From Pirellulales bacterium (lineage in GTDB: Bacteria > Planctomycetota > Planctomycetia > Pirellulales > JAICIG01), in the NCBI GenBank assembly GCA_040901675.1, contig JBBDYJ010000031.1:89220-153219 (forward strand): 64,000 bases of DNA. Direction: 5' to 3'. Under the pieces are notes generated by a model. That model had not been told where the DNA came from and ran no database searches. It saw only the letters and a list, made by a program, of their open reading frames with translations. The translations under genes were made by a program, and so were the position numbers. This document shows, piece by piece, positions 43,318-53,073 of this stretch (positions within the stretch are counted from its first letter, which is position 1; every line of letters begins with the position of its first letter).

Positions 43318-43434
43318 AGGCCTGAAGTCTGGCGACTTCAGCTACGGAGAGGAGAACACCGGGCCTGAAGTCTGGCCACTTCAGCTACGGAGAGGAGAGC
43401 ATCGGGGGCCTGAAGCCGGGCGACTTCAGCTACG
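43318..43434. repeat. Three tandem REP-like palindromes
   Basis: GGCCTGAAG(T/C)CNGGC(G/C)ACTTCAGCTACG x3 with similar GAGAGGAGA spacers. Confidence 0.9.
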
Positions 43435-43444
43435 AGGCGCTGCG

Positions 43445-43472
43445 TTGACTTGCCAAGGGGCCTACCTAGAAT
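43445..43472 (+). promoter_or_regulatory. Sigma70-type promoter for the GT2 cluster
   Basis: TTGACT-N16-TAGAAT about 45 bp upstream of the ATG. Confidence 0.55.
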
Positions 43473-43515
43473 AGCCTGACGTGTTCGCCCCACCGGCCGA
43501 CGGAGCAAGTCAGCC

Positions 43516-44280
43516 ATGCCGCACCGCTTTTTGACCGCTTTGCCCGTCTTCAACGAAGTCGATCACGTGGCCGGCGTGCTCGAAGAGGTCCAACGCTATA
43601 GCCCCCAAGTGCTTGTCGTCGACGATGGTTCGACCGACGGCACCGCCGGCGTGCTGCGAGAATGGAACCGCCGCGCGGACGCGGGGCCGGTCCAGGTGGT
43701 CACGCACCAGCGCAACCTGGGGTATGGTGCGGCCTTGCGATCGGCCTTCGAGTTCGCCCGCCAGAACGACTACAAGATCCTGGTGACGATCGACTGCGAC
43801 GGCCAGCACGAGCCGAAGCGGATCCCGCGTTTTGTGGCGGCCTCGGCCGGCTGGGACATTGTGTCGGGCAGCCGTTATCTGAAGCAGTATCGCGGCGACA
43901 GCCAACCGCCGGCCGAGCGGCGGCGGATCAACGAGGTGCTGACGGCTGAGTTGAACGCCCTCCTGGGATTGAACCTGACCGATGCCTTCTGCGGCTTTAA
44001 AGCGTACCGGGTGAAGGCGTTGGACCGGCTGTGCCTGAGCGAAAACGGTTATGCCATGCCGCTGGAATTGTGGGTGCAGGCCGCCGACGCCGGGTTGCGG
44101 ATTCGTGAATTGCCCGTTCCGCTGATCTACCTGGACGAGAGCCGGTCGTTCGGCGGCTCGCTGGACGACGCCGAGGTGCGGCTGGCGCATTATCGCGAGG
44201 TGCTGGCGCGGAGCATGGCGGCCGTCGAAAAGTGCGGCGCCGCGCCCGCCAAGGGAACTCCCTGCGGCGAGAGCGCCTGA
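43516..44280 (+). CDS. Glycosyltransferase family 2
   Basis: ALPVFNE; VVDDGSTDGT; NLGYGAAL; IDCDGQH; TDAFCGFKAY. Confidence 0.92.
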   Translation: MPHRFLTALPVFNEVDHVAGVLEEVQRYSPQVLVVDDGSTDGTAGVLREWNRRADAGPVQVVTHQRNLGYGAALRSAFEFARQNDYKILVTIDCDGQHEPKRIPRFVAASAGWDIVSGSRYLKQYRGDSQPPAERRRINEVLTAELNALLGLNLTDAFCGFKAYRVKALDRLCLSENGYAMPLELWVQAADAGLRIRELPVPLIYLDESRSFGGSLDDAEVRLAHYREVLARSMAAVEKCGAAPAKGTPCGESA

Positions 44281-46007
44281 TGAACGGAGCTGGCGACACG
44301 GCCGCCGGGGCGTTGGTCGGCCGCGCCGGCGAAATCGATGACGTCAACCCCGCCGCCAGCCAACCGAAGTCAGTGAGCACTCTCGTTCAGCTCGACGGCG
44401 CCACGCTCGACTACCGGCCGCTCAAGGCGCCGCGCGAGGACAAGGCCGTCCTGATCGAGCCGCCGCTGGAGACCGCGGCCGCGCTCTTGGCCGAGCAGGC
44501 GCGACGGGAGCCGGAACGGTACGACGTGCAGGGGCGCGCGCTGGCCGATCTGGCGGCCGAGGCCCGCTCGCAGTTCATCGCCGAAGCGTGGCGGTATACG
44601 TCGAGTTACCGCGACGTCCCAGAGCCTCCGGCCGACGGACCGGTGCTGCTGGCCGGCCACCAGCCGCAGATGTTTCATCCGGGCGTCTGGTTGAAGAATT
44701 TTGCCTTGGGCTACCTGGCCGGGCGGCACGGCGGGACCGCCGTCAACCTGGTGATCGACGGCGACACGATCAAGAACGCCGCGATACGCGTGCCGGCTGG
44801 TTCGCCGGCAGAACCGTTCAGCCGCCTGGTGCCGTATGACGACCCGACGACCGAAATACCGTATGAAGAACGCGGCATCCAAAATGCCTCCACGTTCGAG
44901 AGCTTCGGGCGGCGGGCCGCCGAGGTCATTGCTCCGCTGGTGGCGGATCCGCTGGTCGAGCGATTCTGGCCGATGGTGGTCGGCCGCTCGCGCGAAACGG
45001 GCAACCTGGGCGAATGTTTGGCCCAGGCCAGGCACCAGCTCGAAGGCCGATGGGGCCTCTCGACGCTGGAGATGCCGCTGAGCCGGGTTTGTACGCTGGG
45101 GCCTTTTGCCTGGTTTTCGGCGCATTGGCTGGCGCAGCTTCCGCGGCTGCACGCCATCTACAACGACTCGGTGGCCCTCTATCGCCGCGTACACCGCATA
45201 CGCAGCTTGAACCATCCCGTCCCCGACCTGGCGGCCGACGGCGACTGGCTGGAAGCGCCGTTCTGGATTTGGACCAGCCGGCGGCCGCATCGGCGGCGGG
45301 TCTTTGCCCGGGCGCGCGGCCGCGAGACGCTGCTCACGGACCGCGAAGGGTTCGAACTGGCCCTGCCGCTGACCAGCGACGGCAACGGCGCCGCGGCGGC
45401 GGCTTGCCTGGCGGAGTTGCCCGGCCGTGGAATCCGGTTGCGGACGCGGGCCCTGGCCACCACCTTGTTTGCCCGCATGTTCCTGGGCGACCTGTTCCTG
45501 CACGGAATCGGCGGCGGCAAGTACGATCAACTCACCGACCTGATCGTCCGCCGTTTCTTCGGCATTCGGCCGCCGCCCTGGATGGTGCTGTCGGCCACGC
45601 TGCACTTGCCGGTCCCGCGGCCGCCGGCCTGCGAGCATGACGCCCGCGGGGCGGCCCAGCGACTGCGAGAGTTGACCTATCATCCGGAGCGGCATGTGGC
45701 GCTCGACCAACTGCGGCCCAGCGACGTCTCCGCGGTGGAGCGGCTGATTGCAACCAAGCGCCAGTGGATCGAAACCGAGCCGACGCCGGCCAACGCCCGC
45801 CGGCGTTGCCGGGAGATCCGGGCGGTCAACGAAGCGCTGCAGGCTTGGGTCGAACCGCTGCGCCGGCATTGGCTTGCGGAGCACGATCGGCTGGTCCAAT
45901 CCGGGCGCGCGCTGGCCACGTTGAACTGGCGCGAATACGCCTTCTGCTTGTACCCTGAAAAAACTTTGCGGGATTTTTTGCTGGATTTTCCTCCCGGCGG
46001 GACGTAG
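44280..46007 (+). CDS. Uncharacterised protein with possible BshC-like ligase fold
   Basis: Translationally coupled to GT2 (TGATG); motifs AGHQPQMFHPGVWLKNF and FLHGIGGGKYD; C-terminal coiled-coil. The BshC resemblance is an inference. Confidence 0.55.
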   Translation: MNGAGDTAAGALVGRAGEIDDVNPAASQPKSVSTLVQLDGATLDYRPLKAPREDKAVLIEPPLETAAALLAEQARREPERYDVQGRALADLAAEARSQFIAEAWRYTSSYRDVPEPPADGPVLLAGHQPQMFHPGVWLKNFALGYLAGRHGGTAVNLVIDGDTIKNAAIRVPAGSPAEPFSRLVPYDDPTTEIPYEERGIQNASTFESFGRRAAEVIAPLVADPLVERFWPMVVGRSRETGNLGECLAQARHQLEGRWGLSTLEMPLSRVCTLGPFAWFSAHWLAQLPRLHAIYNDSVALYRRVHRIRSLNHPVPDLAADGDWLEAPFWIWTSRRPHRRRVFARARGRETLLTDREGFELALPLTSDGNGAAAAACLAELPGRGIRLRTRALATTLFARMFLGDLFLHGIGGGKYDQLTDLIVRRFFGIRPPPWMVLSATLHLPVPRPPACEHDARGAAQRLRELTYHPERHVALDQLRPSDVSAVERLIATKRQWIETEPTPANARRRCREIRAVNEALQAWVEPLRRHWLAEHDRLVQSGRALATLNWREYAFCLYPEKTLRDFLLDFPPGGT

Positions 46008-46057
46008 TCTACTGGTCGTGATGGATCGATCACGACAAGCTGAAGGGATTCGAGCTG

Positions 46058-47407
46058 ATGCGCCGAGCGCCTCCCGCCGCGCACGCTAAGCGGGGCCATC
46101 GGCAGTCCGCCCCATCTCAGGCCGTCGGCGAGCCGGCCGAGCAAGGCCCTGGCGTCCGCCTGGTTGCCGCCCGCGCCGGCGACCACACCGCCATCCACCA
46201 GTTTCTCACCGCGGTATTCCAGGGTCCTACCCGCGACGGCTTCCATTCGTCGCTCGACGATCCCTTTTACGAGCCGCACGACCGGCTGGTCGTCAAGCGG
46301 GGCGGGCGAATCATTTCGCACTTGCAGCTCACGCAGCGGGTGATGTGCCTGGGCAGCGCGCGTTTGCCGGTGGCCGGACTGCACTGGCTGGGCACGTTGC
46401 CCGAGTTCCGCCGCCAGGGCCATGCCCGGCAGTTGCTGGAGGCGGCCGAGAGCGTCATGGCGGACAACCACACGCTGCTGAGCGTTTTGACCACCCGCGA
46501 ACCGCGGTTTTTTTCCTCGCTGGGTTGGGCGGTTTGCGGCCGGCAAAGCCAGGCCAGGGCCGGCAGCCGCGACCTGTTGGCCCAGCTCTCCGTCCGGGGC
46601 CTGCCTCCGGCCGAGCAGCCCCTGACCATCCGTCCCTGGCGCCAGGTTGAGTTGCCCGCCCTGATGCGGCTCTACCAGGAGAATACGGCGACCGCGGCGG
46701 GTCCATATCAGCGGAACGAGGCCTACTGGCGATGGCTGATCAGCCGCAAGGAGTTCGACCAGGTTTGGGTGGCCGTGGAGGGACCCGACCGGCTGGAGCT
46801 CGACTTCGCCGGCTCGCAGGTAGTGGGCTACGCCGTGACCAGAGACGACCGCGTGATCGAGCTGCTCACCGCGGCCGACCATCCGACCGCGGCCGAGCAG
46901 TTGCTCGCCCGGGCGTGCAGCGAGGCGATCGAGCGCGATCAGCACTCGATCTCGCTGTCGGTCCCTCCGGGCGACCGGCTGTTCGATTTGTTCCAGACGG
47001 CCGGCGGCACGCTGCACCAGGCCGAAGCCTTCCAGGGCGAAGTGCAGATGATGAAGCTGATCGACCCCCGGCGCTTGCTGCGGGCGATGGCGGCCGAGCT
47101 GCACCGCCGGGCCGTTTGCGCCGGTTTGGCGCGCCGCTGCGAACTGGGTTTGCAGGTCGACGCTCAGAAGTACCACCTGGTTGTTTCACGCCGCAGCGTT
47201 CAAGTGCGGCCGCATCGACTGGGCCGCAGCTACTTGACGCTGAGCATGCCTGAGTTGACGCGCCTGGTGGTCGGGCACCTCGACGTCGGCGAGAGCATCG
47301 AGACGGGGCGCGTGGCCGCCTCGACTCGCCTGGCGGGCGAAATCGCCCAGGTGCTGTTTCCGCGGTTGCCCCTGTGGCGGCCGTCGCTGGACGATCTGGT
47401 GAGCTGA
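46058..47407 (+). CDS. GNAT acetyltransferase, Eis-like (with SCP2-like tail)
   Basis: LGTLPEFRRQGHARQLL; FFSSLGW; Eis-like length and C-terminus. Confidence 0.8.
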   Translation: MRRAPPAAHAKRGHRQSAPSQAVGEPAEQGPGVRLVAARAGDHTAIHQFLTAVFQGPTRDGFHSSLDDPFYEPHDRLVVKRGGRIISHLQLTQRVMCLGSARLPVAGLHWLGTLPEFRRQGHARQLLEAAESVMADNHTLLSVLTTREPRFFSSLGWAVCGRQSQARAGSRDLLAQLSVRGLPPAEQPLTIRPWRQVELPALMRLYQENTATAAGPYQRNEAYWRWLISRKEFDQVWVAVEGPDRLELDFAGSQVVGYAVTRDDRVIELLTAADHPTAAEQLLARACSEAIERDQHSISLSVPPGDRLFDLFQTAGGTLHQAEAFQGEVQMMKLIDPRRLLRAMAAELHRRAVCAGLARRCELGLQVDAQKYHLVVSRRSVQVRPHRLGRSYLTLSMPELTRLVVGHLDVGESIETGRVAASTRLAGEIAQVLFPRLPLWRPSLDDLVS

Positions 47408-47493
47408 GGGACGGGCGAAGACGTTCCTCGCGAATGACTGGGGCATCCCGGCGCGCCGGGACTTGCCCCCGGGCACACCCCTGGGGGGGGAAC

Positions 47494-47625
47494 GACAAGG
47501 AGACAAGGCGACAAGGGGACAAGGCGAACGCGGCGGAATACGGACGAAGACTGGGGCACGCTTATCGCTTTGCCCCAGGCACCCGGGGCAGAGGGCGGAC
47601 GGCACACGGAGTGTGCCTGCTACTT
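47494..47625. repeat. Composite intergenic repeat cluster
   Basis: GACAAGG(A/C/G) octamers, then a family A palindrome (47550-47584), then GGCACACGGAGTGTGCCTGCTAC (similar copy at 30812-30834). Confidence 0.85.
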
Positions 47626-47631
47626 TGGGCG

Positions 47632-48906
47632 TCACATCTCCAGGAACGGCACGGGCACGAGGAAGGCGTGCTGCTCGTAGAGGCTGCCCACGCCGTACCA
47701 GGAGGTGAACTGCGTGAAATAGACGAAGAAGACGTACACGGCCGCCACGCCAACCATGGCCGGCTTGACCGGCAGCCGCAACAGCCAATGGCGGTTGCGG
47801 GGGCGGCGCATGGCGTAACCGGTGGCCCAGCCGGTCACCAGCCGCGCCGGCAGGATGAACAGCACAAACACCAGGCTCGGCAGCCAGGCGGCCTCGCGCG
47901 GCAAAAGCTCGATCTTCAACAGGTACAGCGGCAGTGCGAACGAGAGCGTCACCAGCAGGGCCAACAGGAAGGCCAGCGGTGCTTTGCGGTACAGCGCCCG
48001 GACGGCGGCCCCCTCGAACATGGCGCGGAACCGGTTTTCGGCGGCGAATCGGGTCTGCGCGAAAGGCAGGTACAAGAGCACCCATACCAGCCCGGCGGCG
48101 CCCAGGAACCCCAGGATCGGCACTTGCTGAGCGGCCGCGAGCATGGTGATCGGCACGAACAACCAGGCCAGGCCGCCCACGAAGCCCCGCAATCCCAACC
48201 AGAAATAGTACGGCAGCCGCAAGCCGACCACGAAGTGCCAGACCGCATCGCGCGCCCGGGGCGCTGGCTCCTCGTCAGCCGAAAACAGGCGGCGCACTGC
48301 CCGCCCTACTCGGCCGATCAGATGGAACGGCGCGGGTCGCAGAAAGTGCCGCAGCTTCCCGCCACGCCAGCAGGCGTCGACGACCTGAATCACGACGAGC
48401 GTGGTCAGCACGATTAACGCAACCGACCAGGCCCGGTCCGCCTTGCCGCCTGGCTCGATCAGCCGAGCCGAGGCGGCCATCGAAGAGACAAACCGGACCG
48501 GCAGCAACAGCAGCCACGTGCCCAGCACGATGCCGCCCAGCCTGGCTGCCTTGCGCACGCCGACGAACCCGGCCGCCAGCCGCCCGGTCCGTGCGATGCG
48601 TCCGCTCGATTCCAGCAGGTATCCGAGGCTGAGCAATCCCAGCAGAGGGTAAGTGGCCAGGACGGATAGTGCCAGCACGATTGAAACCAGGCCGAACAGC
48701 CACTCGGCCGCCGAGCAAATCGTGTCCCACGCGCGCCTGGCCAGTCCCGGCCGGCGCAGGCCGGGCGCAGCGACCAGCTCGGCCGTTATCACCTCCGGCC
48801 CGCCGATTTCGAGCGTGATAAGAGACGCAGTCACCGCCAACAATCCTCCAGCACCTCCAGCAATCCTCCGAGGGCGGTTCGCGAACCGGCCGGCAATCTT
48901 GGCCAA
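47632..48906 (-). CDS. Multi-pass membrane protein (DUF4013-like); start uncertain
   Basis: About 8 hydrophobic segments; LSLGYLLE; YEQHAFLVPVPF. Confidence 0.65.
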   Translation of the reverse strand: MAKIAGRFANRPRRIAGGAGGLLAVTASLITLEIGGPEVITAELVAAPGLRRPGLARRAWDTICSAAEWLFGLVSIVLALSVLATYPLLGLLSLGYLLESSGRIARTGRLAAGFVGVRKAARLGGIVLGTWLLLLPVRFVSSMAASARLIEPGGKADRAWSVALIVLTTLVVIQVVDACWRGGKLRHFLRPAPFHLIGRVGRAVRRLFSADEEPAPRARDAVWHFVVGLRLPYYFWLGLRGFVGGLAWLFVPITMLAAAQQVPILGFLGAAGLVWVLLYLPFAQTRFAAENRFRAMFEGAAVRALYRKAPLAFLLALLVTLSFALPLYLLKIELLPREAAWLPSLVFVLFILPARLVTGWATGYAMRRPRNRHWLLRLPVKPAMVGVAAVYVFFVYFTQFTSWYGVGSLYEQHAFLVPVPFLEM

Positions 48907-49050
48907 TTCTTCGCTCTCCGATACGAAGTACCCTGGAATTGGGCCGCCGGTGTCGCCGCGCAGGGGAAATAATGTTGAAAATCGGCCCCGCTGCGGCGGG
49001 TATTATTGATGATTCGCGCTGCGAGGGGCTGGGCGGGGAGAAATAACACG

Positions 49051-50661
49051 ATGTGGGCGCGTAACCTCTTATTCTTCGGCATTTGCGCCATCGGCGTGGC
49101 GGCCTTAGCGGCAGGCCTGTCCCCCGCCCAGAAGCCCATGCGCCTTGTGGTTCGTCCGGCCGACGGTCTGGGGCCGGCTATCCAGCAACTGAACGCGAGC
49201 CTCCAGGCCGAGTGGTCGGCCCGCGGGCTGGCACCGGCTGCACGCGCCGATGAAGCGGCACTTGCCCGGCGGTTATCGCTGGCCTTGCTGGGCACGATTC
49301 CCTCCTTGGAGGAGTTGCGGGCACTGGAGCAACAGCCTGCCGCGACGCGTCTGGATTGGTGGCTGGGGGGCATTCTCGCCGATGCCCGGCACCACGACTA
49401 CCTGGCCGAGCGGCTGGCAAGGGCTTACGTCGGGGTCGAAGATGGGCCGTTCATCATCTATCGCCGCCGCCGGTTCGTGGCCTGGCTATCGGACCAGTTG
49501 CGCGGCAACCGGCCCTACGACCAGGTCGTGCGGGATTTGATCACCGACAGCGGCCTGTGGACGGATCGTCCGGCCACCAACTTCGTCACGGTCACGGTCA
49601 ATCCGGACGGCGGGCAGGGGCCGGACGAGAGCAAGCTGGCGGCTCGGGTGTCGCGGGCCTTCCTTGGAGTGCGGATGGACTGCGCCCAATGCCACGATCA
49701 TCCGTTCGAGAGTTGGAAACAGGGCGACTTCCACGGGTTGGCTGCCTACTTCGGTCAAACGCAGCAGACGTTCACCGGCATACGCGACCGGGACGGCATT
49801 TACCAGTTCGAGAACCCCGAGTCGGGCGAGTTGGAGACGGTGCAGCCTGGCGTTCCTTTCCAGCCTGAGTTGCTGAGGGCAGGCGGTACGCTCCGCGAGC
49901 GCCTCGCCGGCTGGGTCACGCACCCCGACAACCTGGCCTTCAGCCGGGCCATCGCCAACCGTATCTGGGCGCTCGTGATGGGTCGGCCGCTGGTCGAGCC
50001 GATCGACGATATTCGCCCGGACGACGAGGTTCCCCCCGTGCTCGACCTGCTGGCCCGGGACTTCGCCGCTCACGGCTACGACCTGCGGCGGCTGATCCAG
50101 TTGATCGTGGCCAGCCAGGCCTTCCAGCTCGACAGCCGCGCCGACCCAGCCGACCCGGCGGCCGAGATCACACCGGCTCATGAAGAAGCCTGGGCGGCCT
50201 TCCCGATCACCCGGCTGCGGCCCGAGCAGGTCGTGGGAGCCGTGCTGCAATCCGCTTCGCTGGAGACGATCGACCACAATTCGCACATTTTCGTCCGCAT
50301 CGGCCGCTCGATTGCCGAGAGCGAGTTCGTCCAACGCTATGGCGACGAGGGAGAAGAAGAATTTCGGCCGCAAGGAGGCACGATTCCCGAACGCCTGCTG
50401 ATGATGAACGGGGGCCTGGTGGGCAACAAGACCGAGGACAACATCTTCGCCAACGCGGTCACGCGGATAGCGGCCCTGGCGAGCAGCGACGGCAAAGCGG
50501 TTGAAACCACGTACCTGGTGGTGCTGTCGCGGCGTCCGACGCCCGAAGAGGCCCGCTACTTCACGAGCCAGCTTGCCGTGGACAAACCGCAGCGCCGCCA
50601 GCGGCTGGAAGACCTGTACTGGGCACTGCTCAATTCGACGGAGTTTTCATGGAACCATTGA
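49051..50661 (+). CDS. DUF1549/DUF1553-type protein lacking the N-terminal cytochrome c domain
   Basis: RRLSLALLGTIPS; CAQCHDHPF; GRPLVEPIDD; LLNSTEFSWNH. Confidence 0.88.
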   Translation: MWARNLLFFGICAIGVAALAAGLSPAQKPMRLVVRPADGLGPAIQQLNASLQAEWSARGLAPAARADEAALARRLSLALLGTIPSLEELRALEQQPAATRLDWWLGGILADARHHDYLAERLARAYVGVEDGPFIIYRRRRFVAWLSDQLRGNRPYDQVVRDLITDSGLWTDRPATNFVTVTVNPDGGQGPDESKLAARVSRAFLGVRMDCAQCHDHPFESWKQGDFHGLAAYFGQTQQTFTGIRDRDGIYQFENPESGELETVQPGVPFQPELLRAGGTLRERLAGWVTHPDNLAFSRAIANRIWALVMGRPLVEPIDDIRPDDEVPPVLDLLARDFAAHGYDLRRLIQLIVASQAFQLDSRADPADPAAEITPAHEEAWAAFPITRLRPEQVVGAVLQSASLETIDHNSHIFVRIGRSIAESEFVQRYGDEGEEEFRPQGGTIPERLLMMNGGLVGNKTEDNIFANAVTRIAALASSDGKAVETTYLVVLSRRPTPEEARYFTSQLAVDKPQRRQRLEDLYWALLNSTEFSWNH

Positions 50662-51968
50662 ACAGTGAGCCGTTGGTCAGCCCCTTTCAATGCGAGGCTC
50701 GTCCGGCAAGGGGCCTCTCGCGCCGCGGCCTGTTGCAGTTGGCCGGAGGGTTTGCCGGCGTGTCGTGGTTGACTCCGCTGGCCGAGCTGCTGGCCGAACA
50801 GGTCGAGGGCAGGCACGCCGGGCGTCCGGCCCAGTCGCTGATCCTGCTGTGGCTGGCGGGCGGCCCCAGCCAGTTGGAAACGTTCGATCCGCACCCGCGC
50901 AGCAGGATCTCGGGCGGCACCAAGTCGATTGAGACCGCGGTCAAAGGCATTCAGCTCGCCGAGGGCCTTGAGCGGCTGGCCGAACAGATAGCGCATGCCT
51001 CGATCATCCGCTCGCTGACGAGCAAGGAGGGAGACCACGAGCGCGGGACGTACATGGTCAAGACCGGCTACCGCCCTGACCCAACGGTGGTTCATCCCTC
51101 GATCGGCGCCATCTGCTGCCATCAGTTGCCCCGGGGCAAGACGGAGATTCCCCGCCATGTCTCTATCCTGTCCAGCCAATGGCCGGGCATCGGCGGCCTG
51201 CTCGGCAAGCAATACGACGCGTTCAAGACCTACGACCCGGCGCAGCCGGTGCCCGACGTGGCGTCGCTGGTCCCCGAAGATCGTTTTGCCCGCCGCCTGG
51301 CCGATCTGAACCGGGTGGAAGAAGCATTTGCCCGCGGACGCCGCAAGCTGGCCGAGGGCACGCGGCACCGGCCGACCATCGACAGCGCCCGCGCGATGAT
51401 GAGCTCCGAGCAACTGGCGGCCTTCGACGTCAGCCAGGAGCCCTCCGCCGTGCGGCGATCGTACGGCGATACGCCGTTCGGCCGGGGCTGCCTGGCCGCG
51501 CGGCGGCTGATCGAGGTGGGCGTGCGCTGCGTCGAGGTGACACTGGCCGGATGGGACAGCCACGTGAACAACCACGAGATCCATCGCGGCCTGGTGCGCA
51601 CGCTCGATCCGGCGATCAGCGGGCTACTGGCCGACCTCGCCGGCCGCGATCTGTTGGATCGGACGATCGTCGTTTGCGGCGGAGAGTTCGGCCGCACGCC
51701 GCAGATCAATCTGGCCGCCGGCCGCGATCACTGGCCGCACGGTTTCAGCATGCTGGTGGCCGGCGGCGGCCTGCGAGCCGGCCAGGTGATCGGAGCCACG
51801 GACCCTGAAGGCGGCCGCGAAGTGCAGGATCCGTACGAGGTGGCCGACCTGCACGCGACCGTGCTGACGGCGTTAGGGATCGATCCGACGCACGAGGAGC
51901 TGGCGCCGGTCGGCCGGCCCATCAAGTTGAGCGAGGGCCGGCCGATCCGGCAATTGCTGCCCGGTTGA
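50649..51968 (+). CDS. DUF1501 domain protein (Tat signal)
   Basis: SRRGLL; GGPSQLETFDP; GWDSH; GEFGRTP; GRDHW. Confidence 0.95.
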   Translation: MEPLNSEPLVSPFQCEARPARGLSRRGLLQLAGGFAGVSWLTPLAELLAEQVEGRHAGRPAQSLILLWLAGGPSQLETFDPHPRSRISGGTKSIETAVKGIQLAEGLERLAEQIAHASIIRSLTSKEGDHERGTYMVKTGYRPDPTVVHPSIGAICCHQLPRGKTEIPRHVSILSSQWPGIGGLLGKQYDAFKTYDPAQPVPDVASLVPEDRFARRLADLNRVEEAFARGRRKLAEGTRHRPTIDSARAMMSSEQLAAFDVSQEPSAVRRSYGDTPFGRGCLAARRLIEVGVRCVEVTLAGWDSHVNNHEIHRGLVRTLDPAISGLLADLAGRDLLDRTIVVCGGEFGRTPQINLAAGRDHWPHGFSMLVAGGGLRAGQVIGATDPEGGREVQDPYEVADLHATVLTALGIDPTHEELAPVGRPIKLSEGRPIRQLLPG

Positions 51969-51972
51969 GTCG

Positions 51973-52392
51973 CTACCGCTTGGAGAACTGGGTGCCGCGG
52001 CGGGCGCCGCGGAGGCCGTACTTCTTGCGCTCTTTCATGCGGCCGTCGCGGGTCAGGAGGTTGGCGTCGCGCAGGGCCTGCTCCAGGCTGGTGTCGTAGA
52101 GCTTCAGCGCGCGGGCCAGGCCCATCTTGCAGGCTCCCGACTGGCCGGTCATGCCGCCGCCGTGCACCTTGATGACCACGTCGACGCTCGTGAGGCGGTC
52201 GGTCTGCTTCAGGGGAGCCAACAGCGCGTTGCGGTCCTGGTCGTTCACGAAATACTCGTCGTAGGGCCGCTCGTTGATCGTGATCGTGCCCTTCCCCGGC
52301 CGCACCCGCACGCGGGCCACCGAAGTCTTGCGGCGCCCGGTGCCCAAAACATCGGTCGATTTTTTGGCGGACGGTTTTTCGACAGTCGACAT
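51973..52392 (-). CDS. rpsI: 30S ribosomal protein S9
   Basis: GTGRRKTSVARV; GGGMTGQ; ERKKYGLRGARRGTQFSKR. Confidence 0.98.
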   Translation of the reverse strand: MSTVEKPSAKKSTDVLGTGRRKTSVARVRVRPGKGTITINERPYDEYFVNDQDRNALLAPLKQTDRLTSVDVVIKVHGGGMTGQSGACKMGLARALKLYDTSLEQALRDANLLTRDGRMKERKKYGLRGARRGTQFSKR

Positions 52393-52510
52393 GGAGATTT
52401 CTGCTTGCGGGTTCTGGCGGGGCTGTTGGTTGGATGTTGGTTGAATTCCGCCCGGTCGGGGAATGGGATAAAATCGCTGGGTGAAGTGATCCAGAGCGGC
52501 CGGGTGGCGG

Positions 52511-52954
52511 CTATCGGGCAGCCAGCTCCTTGGGTTCGGGCATCTGGGCCTGGTGCGGGTGCTCGCCTCCGGCGTACACCTTCAGCTTCGAGAGCATCGC
52601 CGTGGCCAGCTTGTTCTTGGGCAGCATCCGCCGCACCGCCTCGGTCAGGATCTTCTCCGGCCTACGCTCGAGCCGCTGGCCGGCCGTCTCGCTGCGCAAC
52701 CCCGTGTAGCCCGTGTACCAGGTGTACTGCTTCTGCTGCCATTTTTTGCCGGTCAGCACCACCTTGTCGGCGTTGAGCACGACCACGTAGTCGCCCGTAT
52801 CGACGTGCGGAGTGTACGTGGGCCGGTGCTTGCCCATCAGGATCATGGCGATCTCGGAGGCCAACCGCCCGACCACCTTGTCGGAGGCGTCGACCAGCCA
52901 CCACTTCTGCTCGACCTGGCCCGGCTTGGCCATGTAAGTCTTGGTGCTTGCCAC
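52511..52954 (-). CDS. rplM: 50S ribosomal protein L13
   Basis: [35 protein letters not shown]. Confidence 0.98.
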   Translation of the reverse strand: MASTKTYMAKPGQVEQKWWLVDASDKVVGRLASEIAMILMGKHRPTYTPHVDTGDYVVVLNADKVVLTGKKWQQKQYTWYTGYTGLRSETAGQRLERRPEKILTEAVRRMLPKNKLATAMLSKLKVYAGGEHPHQAQMPEPKELAAR

Positions 52955-53073
52955 GTTGAAAGCTCTTCGCGCGGGAGAAATCGTACTCGGCTGCTCCCGC
53001 CAAGGCGGGCAGAAACGAGTAATTTACCCCTTTACCCTTGTCGCTTCAAGACGTCGGCCGTAACTTACTGGCC

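Noticed and set aside
43318..43434. Possible mini-CRISPR array
   Set aside because: Spacers are only about 15 bp and resemble each other, repeats are degenerate, and no cas genes are present; it fits a REP array better
52393..52510. Hairpin in the rplM-rpsI spacer as a regulatory RNA
   Set aside because: The stem relies on G-U pairs that exist only on the non-transcribed strand; on the mRNA strand they become C-A mismatches
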